Of a stretch of DNA of 64,000 bases, positions 20,604 to 33,513 are shown piece by piece. Origin of the DNA: Gammaproteobacteria bacterium (GTDB lineage Bacteria; Pseudomonadota; Gammaproteobacteria; Eutrophobiales; Eutrophobiaceae); the NCBI GenBank assembly GCA_965238225.1, contig OZ250183.1, positions 512,001 through 576,000 on the forward strand, written 5' to 3'. The notes under the pieces were generated by a model. That model made no database searches. It was not told where the DNA came from and worked only from the letters and a program-made list of their open reading frames with translations. A program made the translations under genes and the position numbers. Position 1 is the first letter of the stretch; the number at the start of each line of letters is the position of its first letter.

Positions 20604-21830
20604 ATGTTAACGTCTCATACTGCACTATTTTTAATGACATTATTGCTTGTGGCAACGCTTATTGAGCCGCTAACAGAAAAGATACGTCTGCCTTTCAGTA
20701 TTATTCTAGTTATTATTGGTTTCCTTGGTTCAGAGCTAGTTAGCAAAAAACTAGGTATAGATACTGGTATACGTTGGGATAATTTTGGCACGATTATCTT
20801 TTATTTCATTTTGCCAATTCTCATTTTTCAGGCAGCGCTGGAAATTGATATTGGGCTTTTGTGGAAGAATATTATCCCCATCGGGTTTCTAGCATTGCCA
20901 TTGATGCTGGTGTCAGTAGTGGTCATTGCAAGTTGTGTCTATTATGGAATTAGCCATGCCAGCGGGTTTCCATGGATGGCTGCTTTTATTACCGGCGCCT
21001 TGTTATCAGCCACAGATCCTGCTGCCGTTCTGGCTTTATTAAAAAGCGCAAATGCGCCTGAAAGATTAAGCATATTGCTGGAAGGAGAAAGCCTTTTTAA
21101 TGATGCAACTGCAGTGCTTATGTTCAGTTTATTGGTCGCAATAGCGACAGGGACACAGTCGGTAGGTTCTATGGGCGAGGTTTTATTTCATTTCGCAACA
21201 GTGTTCTTTGGCGGTATATTTGTTGGGCTGGTTTCTGGTCTGTGCATATATTTGATGATAAAAATAGCAGGGAGATACGCCCCATTTCCGTTGCTTAGCC
21301 TTATATGCGCTTATATGACATTTTTGATTGCCGAAGATTTATTGCATTTATCCGGGGTAATGGCTGTCCTTATTGCAGGCTTGACGATAGGAAGATGCCG
21401 ACGTCAGGAACAGTTAGAAATCGATGACGATTTTGCCGAAAAGTTCTGGGGCTTATTGGGGCATATTGCCGAAGCAACAATCTTTCTATTGGCTGGGATT
21501 ACGGTTACCTTGTCTATGTTTATAGAGCAGTGGCTGGCCATAGCGATTGGTATATTTTCTGTTATTATTGCCAGATTTGTAATGATGTTTGGAGCTTTCT
21601 CGGTATTACAAATTATTCCTGACATTGATGCAATACCACTGAAACAACAAACAGTGTTGGCATGGGGGGGTGTTAGAGGCACAGTGACGTTGGCACTGGC
21701 ACTATCATTGCCATTGACACTGGATTATTGGTACACAATTCAATCTATCGCCTATGGGGTCGTTTTATTTACCTTGTTCGTACAGGCAACAACCATCGGA
21801 TGGTTAATACGAAAACTTGATATAACATAG
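20604..21830 (+). CDS. Na+/H+ antiporter, CPA1 (NhaP-like) family
   Basis: SATDPAAV, LEGESLFNDA, WGGVRG motifs; highly hydrophobic. Confidence 0.9.
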   Translation: MLTSHTALFLMTLLLVATLIEPLTEKIRLPFSIILVIIGFLGSELVSKKLGIDTGIRWDNFGTIIFYFILPILIFQAALEIDIGLLWKNIIPIGFLALPLMLVSVVVIASCVYYGISHASGFPWMAAFITGALLSATDPAAVLALLKSANAPERLSILLEGESLFNDATAVLMFSLLVAIATGTQSVGSMGEVLFHFATVFFGGIFVGLVSGLCIYLMIKIAGRYAPFPLLSLICAYMTFLIAEDLLHLSGVMAVLIAGLTIGRCRRQEQLEIDDDFAEKFWGLLGHIAEATIFLLAGITVTLSMFIEQWLAIAIGIFSVIIARFVMMFGAFSVLQIIPDIDAIPLKQQTVLAWGGVRGTVTLALALSLPLTLDYWYTIQSIAYGVVLFTLFVQATTIGWLIRKLDIT

Positions 21831-21980
21831 TCACAAGGCTTTAAATTCTCTCTGTAGTATTGAGAGAAACTGTCAATCTTTTTCATTTTTCGCCAATATT
21901 ACTTTCCGCAACAGTTTTTTACCTGATTTAGCTGGGTTATTATCAAGGTTAATTTTTTTAACTACTGCATATCATTTGTA

Positions 21981-22697
21981 ATGAACGCACAATCAAAATT
22001 TAAAATTCATTCATTTGAGCTTGGGCCAATGAATAATTTTGTTTATCTTGTAGAAGATACATCATCTAAACGTGCTGCGGTTGTTGACCCAGCGTGGGAC
22101 ATCCAAAAAATATTTGATCTGGCGGAAAATCGTGGCGCGACCATTACAGATGTCTTGTTAACTCACAGTCACTCTGATCATGTTAACGGTGTTAGTGACG
22201 TATTAGATAAGTTTGATGCGCAGTTGCATTTATCTCAGGCTGAATCTGAGTTTTGGGGGGTACAGTTAGCTAAGCCTTTTTTGCATTATGGCGGGGATAC
22301 GATTCAGTTAGGCAAGACTGAGATTGAGATGTTGCACACACCTGGGCATACGCCTGGATCTGCCTGTTATAAAATTGAGAATGAATTAATTACCGGAGAC
22401 ACTATGTTTGTGTTTGGTTGTGGGCGTTGTGACCTTAGCGGCGGTGATCCGGAACTTATGTTTAATACCCTAAGGCATATGAAAAATGTTTTACCCTCTT
22501 CAACAGTAATACATCCAGGGCATAATTATTCTGCTACACCGACTGCAACCATGGAGGATCAAGTAGCGGGTAATCCATTTATGCATTTTGATAATCTGGA
22601 TGATTTTACTAAATTTCGCATGCATACGCATTCACGAATTCGCAGTACACCATACCAGCCTGTCACTGCAGAGCAGGTTGATAAGATATTAAAATAA
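21981..22697 (+). CDS. MBL-fold metallo-hydrolase (glyoxalase II-like)
   Basis: THSHSDH, HTPGHTPG, TGDTMF, GCGRCD, PGHNY. Confidence 0.88.
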   Translation: MNAQSKFKIHSFELGPMNNFVYLVEDTSSKRAAVVDPAWDIQKIFDLAENRGATITDVLLTHSHSDHVNGVSDVLDKFDAQLHLSQAESEFWGVQLAKPFLHYGGDTIQLGKTEIEMLHTPGHTPGSACYKIENELITGDTMFVFGCGRCDLSGGDPELMFNTLRHMKNVLPSSTVIHPGHNYSATPTATMEDQVAGNPFMHFDNLDDFTKFRMHTHSRIRSTPYQPVTAEQVDKILK

Positions 22698-22821
22698 GAT
22701 CTTAATTTTAGTCTGAAAGTTGAATCTAAAAATTGAGTGTGAACCAAAAATTTTGATTATTAACCGGGTTCACTTGTCGCAGTCAGTCAATTATTATTGG
22801 TATAAATTAAGCTAAATATTA

Positions 22822-24036
22822 TTATTTTTTCTTGTTAAGGATTCGTAAACGCAGTGCATTTAATTTAATAAAGCCTTCAGCATCTTTATGGTTATAAGTA
22901 TCCGTATCATCTTCAAAGGTTGCAATATTTTCATCAAACAGGCTGTCTGATTCAGACTTCCTGCCTAAAATCATAACATTACCTTTGTAAAGTTTAAGAC
23001 GTACTATACCATTGACACAAAATTGAGTTTGGTTAATCAGAGTTTGCATGGCTTCACGCTCTGGACTCCACCAATAACCATTATAAATTAAGCTGGCATA
23101 ACGCGGCATAAGATCATCTTTAAGGTGCGCTACTTCACGATCCAGTGTAATCGACTCAATCGCCCTATGTGCTTTTAACATGACGGTGCCGCCTGGTGTT
23201 TCATAACATCCACGAGATTTCATACCTATATAACGATTTTCAACAATATCAGCACGCCCAATACCGTGGGAAGAAGCAATCTTATTTAGTGTTGTGAGCA
23301 CCATTGTTGGCGACATTGATTTGCCATTTATGGCAGTAACATCACCTTTACGATATCCAAGCTCAATAATTTCAGCCTTGTCTGGGGCTTGTTCTGGTGC
23401 AACACTCCAGTGCCACATAGCCTCTTCTGGTGCGCTCCATGGATCTTCAAGAATGCCACCTTCATAAGAGATGTGTAGCAGGTTTGCATCCATAGAATAA
23501 GGAGAACCACCACCGATTTTTTTTTCAACAGCAATATTATGTTGTTCGGCATAGGCTAAGAGTTTTTTTCGTGAATTCAAGTCCCATTCGCGCCATGGGG
23601 CAATGATTTTGATATCGGGACTAAGCGCATAGGCACCGAGTTCAAAACGTATCTGATCATTGCCTTTGCCCGTTGCGCCATGTGAGATGGCATCAGCACC
23701 AGTTTCATTGACAATCTCTATAAGTCGTTTGGCAATCAAGGGGCGAGCAATCGATGTTCCTAGTAAGTATTCGCCCTCGTATAAGGTATTAGCACGAAAC
23801 ATAGGATAGACAAAGTCGCTGACAAATTCTTCAGTCAGGTCATCAGTATAAATTTCCTTGACACCTAGAGCCTGTGCTTTGGCGCGTGCCGGTTTAACTT
23901 CCCCACTTTGACCAATATTCGCGGTAAAGGTGACGACCTCACATTGATATTGATCCTGTAACCATTTCAGGATGACAGAAGTATCTAAGCCCCCTGAATA
24001 GGCGAGAACAATTTTTAATGGTGCATTTTTAGTCAT
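22822..24036 (-). CDS. argG: Argininosuccinate synthase
   Basis: [32 protein letters not shown]. Confidence 0.97.
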   Translation of the reverse strand: MTKNAPLKIVLAYSGGLDTSVILKWLQDQYQCEVVTFTANIGQSGEVKPARAKAQALGVKEIYTDDLTEEFVSDFVYPMFRANTLYEGEYLLGTSIARPLIAKRLIEIVNETGADAISHGATGKGNDQIRFELGAYALSPDIKIIAPWREWDLNSRKKLLAYAEQHNIAVEKKIGGGSPYSMDANLLHISYEGGILEDPWSAPEEAMWHWSVAPEQAPDKAEIIELGYRKGDVTAINGKSMSPTMVLTTLNKIASSHGIGRADIVENRYIGMKSRGCYETPGGTVMLKAHRAIESITLDREVAHLKDDLMPRYASLIYNGYWWSPEREAMQTLINQTQFCVNGIVRLKLYKGNVMILGRKSESDSLFDENIATFEDDTDTYNHKDAEGFIKLNALRLRILNKKK

Positions 24037-24276
24037 TTAATCAAAACCCCGGTTACTAAATATCTTCCTCGAAAATTTTCGACAAGGTAAAAAAGCGCAT
24101 CATTGTAACTGCTTAATAATACTGAGTGAAGGATAGGTGATAATTAATGTGAGATATTTTATGGCAATATACAGTAAATTAAAGGCTTGTTTAATGAATC
24201 CCCTAATTCCCTATACGATAAAATTAAGGATCTCTTGCATATAGTCAGTAGTCAAGAACAGTGTTCGTTATAAAAA

Positions 24277-26064
24277 TTATTTTTTTTGTTTAGGAATATA
24301 TAAATCAGTGATCGTCCCCTCAAATACTTCAGCTGCAAGTCCAATGGTTTCTGATAATGTCGGGTGCGGATGGATGGTGAGGCTTATATCTTCGGCATCG
24401 GCACCCATTTCAATGGCTAAAGCACATTCAGCAATGAGCTCTCCGGCATTAGGTCCGACAATCGCAGCGCCAATAATTCTATTAGATTTTTTTTCAAATA
24501 AAATTTTTGTGATGCCATCATCCCTACAGACAGATAAAGATCTGCTGCTTGCAGACCATGGGAATATACCTTTACCATAATCAATGCCATTTTCTTTGGC
24601 TTCTATTTCTGTGACACCGACCCAGGCAACTTCGGGGTCGGTGTAGGCAACTGATGGAATCACACGATTATCAAAACAAATCTTTAAGCCAACGATAACC
24701 TCAGCGGCAACTTTACCTTCATGGCTTGCCTTATGCGCTAACATGGGCTGTCCGACAATATCACCGATAGCAAAAATATTTTGAATATTTGTTCTTTGTT
24801 GATCATCTACTGGTATAAATCCATATTCGTTAACATTAATACCTACATTTTCTGCGCCGATCTTTAAACCATTAGGCTTCCTGCCAACAGATAATAATAT
24901 TGCATCAAACTTATCAAACTCTGGCGAGTTTTTGCCACTAAATGAAACATTGAGATATTTCTTTGTCTTCTCAATTTTTGTAACTGCGGTGTCCAAATAA
25001 ATATTTTCATAACGTTTATTGATACGTTTTTGTAAGGGACGAATAATATCTTTATCACAGTCAGCAACTAATACATCGAGCATTTCTACAATGGTAATTT
25101 TCGATCCGAATGCTTCGTATACTGTGGCCATTTCCAGACCAATCACGCCACCACCTATAATAAGCAGTCTTTTAGGGATGTTATCAAGCAATAAGGCATC
25201 TGTTGAATCCATAATTCGAGGATCGTCCGGGAAAGAAGGAATACTAGCGGGCTGAGAACCTGCCGCGATGATGGCATGTTCAAATGAGATTGTTTTCTTG
25301 CCCGCATTACTTTCTATTTCTAACATATTCGCTGAAATAAATTTACCTGTGCCATGAACTACTTTTATCTTGCGTTGTTTGGCCATGGCTTTAAGGCCAA
25401 CAGTTAATTTATTAATGACATTAGCTGCAAATTGTCGGATTGTATTTGTATTGATGTTCGATGAACCAAGATCGATTCCTTGTTCTTTTAATTCGTCAAT
25501 TTCTGAAATGACTTTGGCGATGTGCAGAAGTGCTTTGGAAGGGATACAGCCAACATTAAGACAGACACCTCCCAGTGTTTCGTAGCGTTCAATGAGTATC
25601 GTTCGTTTTCCAAGGTCTGCTGCACGAAACGCTGCAGTGTAACCTCCAGGCCCTCCACCTAGCACAGCAACTTCACAATGTAAGTCGCCTTGCTTAATGT
25701 TTGCATTAGTTTTTCTGGTTTCTTTGTTAATTTCAGAGATATTTTTAGATGTAGCGCTGCTGGCGCTATCAGAATTAGCTTCTGGTTTTTGTTCCGAGTC
25801 ACGACCGTTTTCTTGTTCATCACCTTCTAGTTTCATGGTTAAAATTAATTCACCCTGTGAAACCTTATCGCCAACTTTTATGGATATATCCTTGGCTACA
25901 CCACTGTATGGGGAGGGGATATCTATTGCAGCTTTATCACTTTCCAAGGTTATCAGTGTGTCCTCTTGTTGAATCTTGTCGTTTCTATTGACCATGACTT
26001 CTATCACTTCAACAGCTTGAAAGTCACCAATATCGGGGACTAGAATTTCTTTAAATTTAGACAC
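24277..26064 (-). CDS. lpdA: Dihydrolipoamide dehydrogenase with N-terminal lipoyl domain (PDH E3)
   Basis: LESDKA lipoyl motif, GGVCLNVGCIPSK, HPHPTLSE. Confidence 0.95.
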   Translation of the reverse strand: MSKFKEILVPDIGDFQAVEVIEVMVNRNDKIQQEDTLITLESDKAAIDIPSPYSGVAKDISIKVGDKVSQGELILTMKLEGDEQENGRDSEQKPEANSDSASSATSKNISEINKETRKTNANIKQGDLHCEVAVLGGGPGGYTAAFRAADLGKRTILIERYETLGGVCLNVGCIPSKALLHIAKVISEIDELKEQGIDLGSSNINTNTIRQFAANVINKLTVGLKAMAKQRKIKVVHGTGKFISANMLEIESNAGKKTISFEHAIIAAGSQPASIPSFPDDPRIMDSTDALLLDNIPKRLLIIGGGVIGLEMATVYEAFGSKITIVEMLDVLVADCDKDIIRPLQKRINKRYENIYLDTAVTKIEKTKKYLNVSFSGKNSPEFDKFDAILLSVGRKPNGLKIGAENVGINVNEYGFIPVDDQQRTNIQNIFAIGDIVGQPMLAHKASHEGKVAAEVIVGLKICFDNRVIPSVAYTDPEVAWVGVTEIEAKENGIDYGKGIFPWSASSRSLSVCRDDGITKILFEKKSNRIIGAAIVGPNAGELIAECALAIEMGADAEDISLTIHPHPTLSETIGLAAEVFEGTITDLYIPKQKK

Positions 26065-26103
26065 AGTTTATGAGTAAGCGCTTGGTTTGTTTGATTTTTT
26101 CGG

Positions 26104-27399
26104 CTATAAGAGTATGTGGCGGATGTCCGTTAGGATAGTGTTGAGAAATTGTGCGAATTGAGCACCGGCAACGCCATCAATAACACGATGATCATATGAC
26201 AATGCATAAGGCATAATTAACCGCGGAACAAATTTTCCATTCTCATAAACAGGCTTCATGGCAGATCGGGATATACCCAGAATAGCGACCTCAGGCGCAT
26301 TAATGATAGGTGTAAATCCTGTTCCTCCGATACCCCCAAGACTTGATATAGTGAAGCATCCTCCCCGCATGTCAGCAGGGCTTAATTTTTCTTCCTGTGC
26401 TTTATTATTTAGCTGGCTAATTTCAGCTGCGATTTCAAACAAACTTTTTTTGTCGGCATCTTTAATGACAGGTACGATAAGACCATTTTTGGTATTTACT
26501 GCGATACCAATATGAAAATATTTTTTTATTACCAGATTCTCACCATCTGAAGTAAGAGAAGAATTAAATTCTGGAAATTTCTGTAAAGCGATAACAGTAG
26601 CTTTTACTAGAAAGGCCACTAGAGTGAGTTTAATACCTTCGGCTTTTGCCTCATCCAATTTTAATTTTCTAAATTCTTCGAGATCAGAAATATCCGCTTC
26701 ATTGAATTGTGTGACATGAGGTGCGGTTACCCAATTGCGATGTAATGCCTGCCCACCAAGCCGTTTTAGTCGACTCAGTGGCTGTATCTTGGTTTGTCCG
26801 AACTTTGAAAAATCAACTGGTGGGATTCCAGGGAAACCAGAACTACCATCCAATTTATTTCCAGACAATATACCTTTGGCAAAGATCTTAACATCCTCTT
26901 TGAGGATGCGACCCTTGCGACCTTTACCATAAACTAGTCCAAGATCAACGCCCAGCTCTCTGGCAAAGCGCCGCACCGAAGGACTGGCATGCGCCTTTTC
27001 TGAACGGCTTTCCCCCACAATCTTTGCGGTTTCCATGAACACAGGGGGAGGTTGGTGGCATGTTATCTGGGGTACTTCTTGTACGGGCTCTGAAGTCTCA
27101 AGAGTAGATTCAATTTGTATCTCGTCTTGCTGTTTTTCTGTTGATGAAGTATCTGCTTCAGACTCATCCAGTAATAGAATCGGTGTGCCTTCTGATATTG
27201 CATCTCCAACACTAACGAAAAATTTGATCACTGTTCCTGCTACGGGAGAAGGGATATCCATAGTGGCCTTATCACTTTCCAGTGATACAATCGTGTCCTC
27301 TGCGTTAACGCTATCACCGACTTTAATTGGTATTTCAATGATATCAACCGCTTCAAAGTCTCCAATATTAGGGAGTAATATTTTCTTGGGGCTAGCCAT
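26104..27399 (-). CDS. aceF: Pyruvate dehydrogenase E2 acetyltransferase with one lipoyl domain
   Basis: [29 protein letters not shown]. Confidence 0.95.
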   Translation of the reverse strand: MASPKKILLPNIGDFEAVDIIEIPIKVGDSVNAEDTIVSLESDKATMDIPSPVAGTVIKFFVSVGDAISEGTPILLLDESEADTSSTEKQQDEIQIESTLETSEPVQEVPQITCHQPPPVFMETAKIVGESRSEKAHASPSVRRFARELGVDLGLVYGKGRKGRILKEDVKIFAKGILSGNKLDGSSGFPGIPPVDFSKFGQTKIQPLSRLKRLGGQALHRNWVTAPHVTQFNEADISDLEEFRKLKLDEAKAEGIKLTLVAFLVKATVIALQKFPEFNSSLTSDGENLVIKKYFHIGIAVNTKNGLIVPVIKDADKKSLFEIAAEISQLNNKAQEEKLSPADMRGGCFTISSLGGIGGTGFTPIINAPEVAILGISRSAMKPVYENGKFVPRLIMPYALSYDHRVIDGVAGAQFAQFLNTILTDIRHILL

Positions 27400-27400
27400 G

Positions 27401-30091
27401 TTATACAGTTACAGGATTGGGTTTGTCGGGGTCAATGTCATATTTCTTTATGGCTTCTGTGACTTTTGCAACAGGGAGCAAATCATCATCAGCCAGCACT
27501 TTTAGTGCAGCAATAACAATATAGTAACGATCCACTTCGAAGAATTTCCTTAATTTGATCCGAGTGTCGCTGCGGCCATAACCATCTGTTCCTAATACCA
27601 CATAACGACCTGGTACGAACTCTCTTATTTGATCAGCATATATTTTCATATAATCTGTTGATGCAATCACAGGGCAATCAACATTAAGTAGAGATGATGT
27701 AACATAAGGTACCTTTGGTTTTTTATTTGGATGCAACATATTCCATCGTTTTATGTCCAGTCCATCTCGACGTAATTCATTAAAACTGGTCACGCTCCAG
27801 ATATCGGAAGCTACAGCAAAGTCTTCCTTAAGAAGAACTGCGGCAGCAATGATTTCACGCACAATTGTGCCCGAGCCCAGAAGCGTTACTTTTAATTTTT
27901 TCTTACCGCCTGGTTTTAATAGATACATGCCTTTAAGAATGCCTTCTTCAGCCATATTTGGCATCGGCGGATGTTGGTAATTTTCATTCATGACTGTGAT
28001 GTAATAAAAAATATCTTCAAAATCCTGATACATGCGCTTTAAGCCGTCTTGAATAATAACCGCAAGCTCGTAGGCATAGGTCGGGTCATAAGAAACACAG
28101 TTTGGAATGGTCGATGCTTGCACATGGCTATGACCATCCTGATGTTGTAAGCCTTCACCGTTTAAAGTGGTTCTGCCCGCAGTGCCGCCAAGTAAGAAGC
28201 CTCTGGAACGCATATCACCACCAGCCCAAGCCAGATCGCCTACACGCTGGAAGCCAAACATGGAATAATAAATATAAAAAGGAATCATGTGTACGCCATG
28301 ATTCTTGTAGGAAGTTGCTGCAGCAATCCATGATGAATAAGCGCCAGCTTCATTGATCCCTTCTTCAAGGATCTGACCTTTGATATCTTCACGGTAATAC
28401 ATGACTTGTTCGTGATCAACGGGTTGGTAGAGTTGTCCAGCACTGGAATAAATGCCTAATTGTCTAAACATACCTTCCATGCCAAAAGTACGTGCCTCAT
28501 CCGGAACGATGGGGACAATATTCTTGCCAATATCCTTACTTTTAAGTAGTGCATTCAGGATACGGACAAAAGACATGGTTGTAGAGATTTCTCTTGCGCC
28601 CGTGCCATCTAATAATTTTTGATGAATATCCAGCTTTGGTATTTTAAGTGGTGCCAGTTTCTTCCGCTTAGTAAAGAAATAACCGCCTAATGCCTCACGA
28701 TGTTCCTTAAGGTATTTAATTTCTTCGCTATCTTGCGGCGGGCGATAATAGGGCGTATCTGCAATTTCTTCATCAGAGACAGGGATATTAAAACGATCAC
28801 GAAATTGTTTGAGTGCCTCTTCACCCAGTTTTTTCTGTTGATGACTGATATTTTGACCTTCTCCCGCGTCCCCCATACCATACCCTTTTACTGTTTTGAC
28901 GAGTATTACAGTGGGTTGTCCGGTGTGTTTCACTGCGGCAGCATAAGCTGCGTATACCTTATGTGGATCGTGCCCACCACGATTGAGTCGCCAGATATCA
29001 TCATCAGTCATATTGGCGACCATGGCTTTTAATTCAGGATATTTGCCAAAAAAATGTTCTCTGACAAAAGCACCATCATTGGCCTTATAAGCCTGATATT
29101 CACCGTCAACAACTTCTTCCATACGCTTATGAAGTAGACCATTTGTGTCACGTGAAATTAGTGGATCCCAGTAGGAGCCCCAGATAACCTTGATGACATT
29201 CCAGCCTGCACCACGAAATATCCCTTCCAGTTCCTGAATGATCTTGCCATTACCGCGCACCGGTCCATCCAATCTTTGCAAGTTACAGTTGACAACAAAG
29301 ATTAAGTTATCAAGTTTTTCGCGCGCCGCAAGGCCAATAGCCCCCATTGATTCTGGTTCATCGGTTTCACCGTCACCAATAAAGACCCAAACTTTTCTAT
29401 CGCTCGGTTTTTTCAAACCACGATTTTCCATATAACGCATAAATCGCGCCTGATAGATAGCCATAATAGGCCCAAGTCCCATGGAGACTGTCGGGAATTG
29501 CCAGTAATCTGGCATCAGCCAAGGATGAGGATAAGACGATAAACCCTCGCCATCGACTTCTTGGCGAAAGTTGTTCATTTGTTTTTTGGTAATTCTTCCT
29601 GTCAAAAATGCACGGGCATAAATCCCGGGTGCAGAATGCCCTTGTACAAATAACATATCGCCGTCATGATCATGGCTTGGAGCGCGGAAGAAGTGATTAA
29701 AACCAACATCGTAAAGTGTTGCAGAAGAGGCAAAGCTTGAAATATGTCCGCCTAAATCACCCGCCTTCCTATTTGCCTTAACAACCATAGCCATAGCGTT
29801 CCAACGCACAATAGATCGTATACGCCACTCAATCCCTGGGTCACCTGGCGAGCGTTCTTCTTTGTTTGGAGGGATGGTATTGAGGTAAGCCGTATTTGCT
29901 GAATAGGGAAGGTAAGCGCCAGTTTTACGTGCCTTGGCTATTAGTTGTTCAAGGATAAAATGGGCACGTTCGATCCCTTCGTGCTCAAGAATAGATTCCA
30001 ACGCCTCAAGCCATTCTTGCGTCTCTTGCCTGTCAATATCTTGTTGTTTTTCCATCATTATTTGGCTCTGGTCTGTACTTTTCCCGTACAT
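27401..30091 (-). CDS. aceE: Pyruvate dehydrogenase E1, homodimeric type
   Basis: [37 protein letters not shown]. Confidence 0.97.
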   Translation of the reverse strand: MYGKSTDQSQIMMEKQQDIDRQETQEWLEALESILEHEGIERAHFILEQLIAKARKTGAYLPYSANTAYLNTIPPNKEERSPGDPGIEWRIRSIVRWNAMAMVVKANRKAGDLGGHISSFASSATLYDVGFNHFFRAPSHDHDGDMLFVQGHSAPGIYARAFLTGRITKKQMNNFRQEVDGEGLSSYPHPWLMPDYWQFPTVSMGLGPIMAIYQARFMRYMENRGLKKPSDRKVWVFIGDGETDEPESMGAIGLAAREKLDNLIFVVNCNLQRLDGPVRGNGKIIQELEGIFRGAGWNVIKVIWGSYWDPLISRDTNGLLHKRMEEVVDGEYQAYKANDGAFVREHFFGKYPELKAMVANMTDDDIWRLNRGGHDPHKVYAAYAAAVKHTGQPTVILVKTVKGYGMGDAGEGQNISHQQKKLGEEALKQFRDRFNIPVSDEEIADTPYYRPPQDSEEIKYLKEHREALGGYFFTKRKKLAPLKIPKLDIHQKLLDGTGAREISTTMSFVRILNALLKSKDIGKNIVPIVPDEARTFGMEGMFRQLGIYSSAGQLYQPVDHEQVMYYREDIKGQILEEGINEAGAYSSWIAAATSYKNHGVHMIPFYIYYSMFGFQRVGDLAWAGGDMRSRGFLLGGTAGRTTLNGEGLQHQDGHSHVQASTIPNCVSYDPTYAYELAVIIQDGLKRMYQDFEDIFYYITVMNENYQHPPMPNMAEEGILKGMYLLKPGGKKKLKVTLLGSGTIVREIIAAAVLLKEDFAVASDIWSVTSFNELRRDGLDIKRWNMLHPNKKPKVPYVTSSLLNVDCPVIASTDYMKIYADQIREFVPGRYVVLGTDGYGRSDTRIKLRKFFEVDRYYIVIAALKVLADDDLLPVAKVTEAIKKYDIDPDKPNPVTV

Positions 30092-30396
30092 TTATAATCT
30101 TATCATAAATGCCCATTTTAGAATTTTTTTTGAGCAAACACCAAATAAGTGTCCGGAAAAAAACTAGAAGATTTTGGATGTGAATCTCTCTCACGCAGGC
30201 AGAATGTATTCCGATCATAATATAATCAGAAATATAAGAAGATTTAGAGCGGGGGTTTGTATCATGATTCCCGTATTATTTTGGTATTTTGATTGGTTTG
30301 TGTAAGCATCTTTACTGATTACAATAGGCAAATATCTTAGCGTTTATGTTGGATGATAATGAATTATGTATTCCATACAATCAGGAGAAATATTCG

Positions 30397-31860
30397 ATGC
30401 ACATTAAATTACACCAAAATGCAGCACCACCTAAAAAGCTGAACCTCGATAAAATCTGTAACTGGATCATAGTGTTTTCTGAAAAAATCAATGAAGCACA
30501 CCCTTATTCATATGTATTTACGGAAAGAAAGCGGGCAATGGGGTGCGAAAAGGAAGACACAAGTCCGGTTGTTTGTGATTTACCCAATAAAAAAATAAGC
30601 CATGTTGCATTAGCCTGCATTAAGGCAGATATTTCAAGTTTCAAATTATTGACTCTGGCAAGAAAACTGGTTTCTGAACACACTTCATTTTCAGCAAATG
30701 AAATTGCTGTATCGGTTGAAAATTTTAATGAAACACAAGCCGAAAGAATTACAGAGGCAATCATTGTCGCCATTCTCGCAGCCTTTGAGGATATGCCCAG
30801 TTTCAAGAGCAAAAAAAAGCAATCAGAAAAACTTTCCAGAATACATATTTATGGGGTGAAAAAACCTCACAGGTTCAAGCGCACTTTTGCAGAAGCAGAG
30901 GGCAATGCTTTAGCACGTTCATTGAGCATGTTGCCATCGAATAAATTAACGCCATCTATTTATTTAAGACGCGTCAAGGAGCTGGGAAAAGATAATAAGT
31001 GGAAGCTGGAATTTTATGACACTAAAGCATTGCAGAGGAAAAAGGCAGGTGCTTTTTTAGCCGTATCACAGGGAAGCCCAATAGCTGATGCAGGAATTGT
31101 AAGATTACAATACAAGCCTACAGCAAAGATACGCAAAGGAAAAATAATATTTGTCGGCAAAGGTATTTGTTATGACACTGGAGGAACAAACTTAAAGCCT
31201 GCAAATTACATGTTTGGTATGCACGAAGATATGCAGGGCAGTGCTGTTGCGCTGGGAGTATTTTTGGCTTTAACGCGTATGCAAGTGGATTTTCCGATGG
31301 AGTGTTGGTTGGCATTGGCAATGAATCATATCGGCCCTAAAGCATATAAACCGAATGACGTGGTTACAGCGTCCGATGGTACGAGCATTGAAATTGTGCA
31401 TACCGATGCAGAAGGTCGTATGGTATTAGCCGATACTTTGGCCATGGCTTCAAAATTAAAACCAGAATTAATTATTGATTACGCAACATTGACTGGTGCC
31501 TGTATATATTCATTAGGTACAGCCTACAGCGGTGTCTTTACCAATAAAGAGAAATTGATTCCAGTTTTGATTGCAGCAGGTAAAGATAGCGGTGAACGTG
31601 TCTGGCCTTTCCCGATGGATGAAGATTTTGATAAAGCAATAGAAAGTGATATCGCCGATGTTAAACAATGTGCTTTGGAGGCAGGCACGGATCATATTCT
31701 TGCATCAAGATTTCTTCAGCGCTTCGTAAAAAATGATACGCCTTGGATACATGTTGATTTGTCCAGTAGCAATCGTAAAGGTGGTCTCGCACATATCCCC
31801 ACAGACACCACAGGCTTCGGTATCCGTTTTACACTCAATTTTCTACTAGATAAAAGATAG
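30397..31860 (+). CDS. M17 leucyl aminopeptidase family protein
   Basis: VGKGICYDTGG, HTDAEGRMVLAD, DYATLTGA; start placed at the ATG after the AGGAG RBS. Confidence 0.88.
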   Translation: MHIKLHQNAAPPKKLNLDKICNWIIVFSEKINEAHPYSYVFTERKRAMGCEKEDTSPVVCDLPNKKISHVALACIKADISSFKLLTLARKLVSEHTSFSANEIAVSVENFNETQAERITEAIIVAILAAFEDMPSFKSKKKQSEKLSRIHIYGVKKPHRFKRTFAEAEGNALARSLSMLPSNKLTPSIYLRRVKELGKDNKWKLEFYDTKALQRKKAGAFLAVSQGSPIADAGIVRLQYKPTAKIRKGKIIFVGKGICYDTGGTNLKPANYMFGMHEDMQGSAVALGVFLALTRMQVDFPMECWLALAMNHIGPKAYKPNDVVTASDGTSIEIVHTDAEGRMVLADTLAMASKLKPELIIDYATLTGACIYSLGTAYSGVFTNKEKLIPVLIAAGKDSGERVWPFPMDEDFDKAIESDIADVKQCALEAGTDHILASRFLQRFVKNDTPWIHVDLSSSNRKGGLAHIPTDTTGFGIRFTLNFLLDKR

Positions 31861-31900
31861 TTAGATGTGCGCAGAAAATTTAAATTTATGAGGAAATAAA

Positions 31901-32692
31901 ATGTCTGGCGGCATGATAAGAAAATTTAGAATCTTGATTCTGTTTTGTGTGTTGTTGATTGTTGTTCTATCTGCTTGGCAGGCAAAAGAACGCAGCACTG
32001 ATTGGGACGATCCTTTGGCTATTGTGATCTACCCTATTAATGGCGATGGTAGAGTGGCGACTGCAAAATACATTAATGATATCAATGAGGAGACTTTTTC
32101 AGACATTGAAAAATTTTTTAATCGTGAAGCAAAACGTTATCATCTCTCTATAAAAAAACCTGTTGATATTAATTTATCTAAACAAATTCATGAATTGCCT
32201 CCGACACCACCTAAAAACCGTGCGTCAGTTCTGCCAGTTATGATTTGGAGCCTGAAAATGCGTTATTGGTCGTGGAAAATAGATAATTATAATTACTTAA
32301 AAGATATTCAGGTGTTTGTTGTCTACTTTGACCCAAAGGTGCATAAAAAAGTTGCCCATTCATTTGGACTACAAAAAGGCTTGATCGGCTTGGTTAATGC
32401 TTTTGCAAGCAAGAGAATGTCTAAACAAAATAATATCATTATTACCCATGAAATTCTCCATACAGTAGGCGCATCAGATAAATATGATCCAAAATCAAAT
32501 CAGCCTTTATTCCCCATTGGTTTTGCAAAACCAGATAAAGAGCCTTTATTCCCCCAGAAGAAAGCAGAAATCATGGCTGGCCGTATCCCTGTAGACGCAG
32601 ATAAAACAAAAATGCCTAAAAATTTAAGAAAAGTAATCGTCGGAGAAGTAACTGCACAGGAAATACAATGGACAACACTAGATGGTAAATAA
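31901..32692 (+). CDS. Conserved exported protein with HExxH zincin-like motif
   Basis: N-terminal hydrophobic helix; THEILHTVGASDKYD. Confidence 0.65.
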   Translation: MSGGMIRKFRILILFCVLLIVVLSAWQAKERSTDWDDPLAIVIYPINGDGRVATAKYINDINEETFSDIEKFFNREAKRYHLSIKKPVDINLSKQIHELPPTPPKNRASVLPVMIWSLKMRYWSWKIDNYNYLKDIQVFVVYFDPKVHKKVAHSFGLQKGLIGLVNAFASKRMSKQNNIIITHEILHTVGASDKYDPKSNQPLFPIGFAKPDKEPLFPQKKAEIMAGRIPVDADKTKMPKNLRKVIVGEVTAQEIQWTTLDGK

Positions 32693-32978
32693 ATCATTAT
32701 GGATAATTAATGATACCTTAATAATTAAATTCCTTATGTTTTCGATTTTTGTGATATGGAGATGATTGTTATTTTGGTAAAGCTTATTATGCAGCAAGGT
32801 GTGGGTAGGTAAGTTATTGGCCAAAAACAGGATGACTCTGCGTATCAGAAATATCGTGCTATTTAATTCACAATGTTTAATTATTACATTTTATATTAAT
32901 TTTAAGCCTCTTTATAACTGCTACAGATGTTTTTTTACAGTATGAATATTTTGGATAAATGTTGTACATGATAATTAT

Positions 32979-33287
32979 TTAAGTTCTGGCAATACCGCAA
33001 TTCCAGCAGTCGGTAAACTGACCTTCTATCCTCTCTCCGCATTGACATACCCAAGAAGTTTTATATTCAGTCGATTCCTTTAGCAGCATCCCGATAATAT
33101 TATTCGCGCGGTCATAATCATCATCTTCCAGAACCCAAATTTCAGGCCAACATTCAATGGGAGGTATTTCGCCCATACCTCCAGACAAGCCGAGATTTTT
33201 TATCATGCAAACAATATTTTCTTTTTCAAGAATATCCTTAATGCGCTCTATTATCATGCCGCGTTCTCCAACATAGACTTTCTTCAC
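32979..33287 (-). CDS. DUF2007-like protein with C-terminal zinc ribbon
   Basis: GEIPPIECWPEIWV; WVCQCGE...CWNCG. Confidence 0.75.
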   Translation of the reverse strand: MKKVYVGERGMIIERIKDILEKENIVCMIKNLGLSGGMGEIPPIECWPEIWVLEDDDYDRANNIIGMLLKESTEYKTSWVCQCGERIEGQFTDCWNCGIART

Positions 33288-33513
33288 TTTTTTACCTCTC
33301 GGGATTTAATCCTTGCAATAGCTTATTGCAGAATATCATGTTTGCAAAAGCGGGATTCTAATGAATTGACTTAACGTTTGTTTCAATTTCTTGTATTGTT
33401 ATAGCGTTTAAGTCTATTTAAGTGTTTGCAGAGGTGATGCAGGGGTAATTCAATGAATATTTAATTTTTCTATAGTTTTTCTATTAATTTTTTGAGACAT
33501 ATATACAGATAAA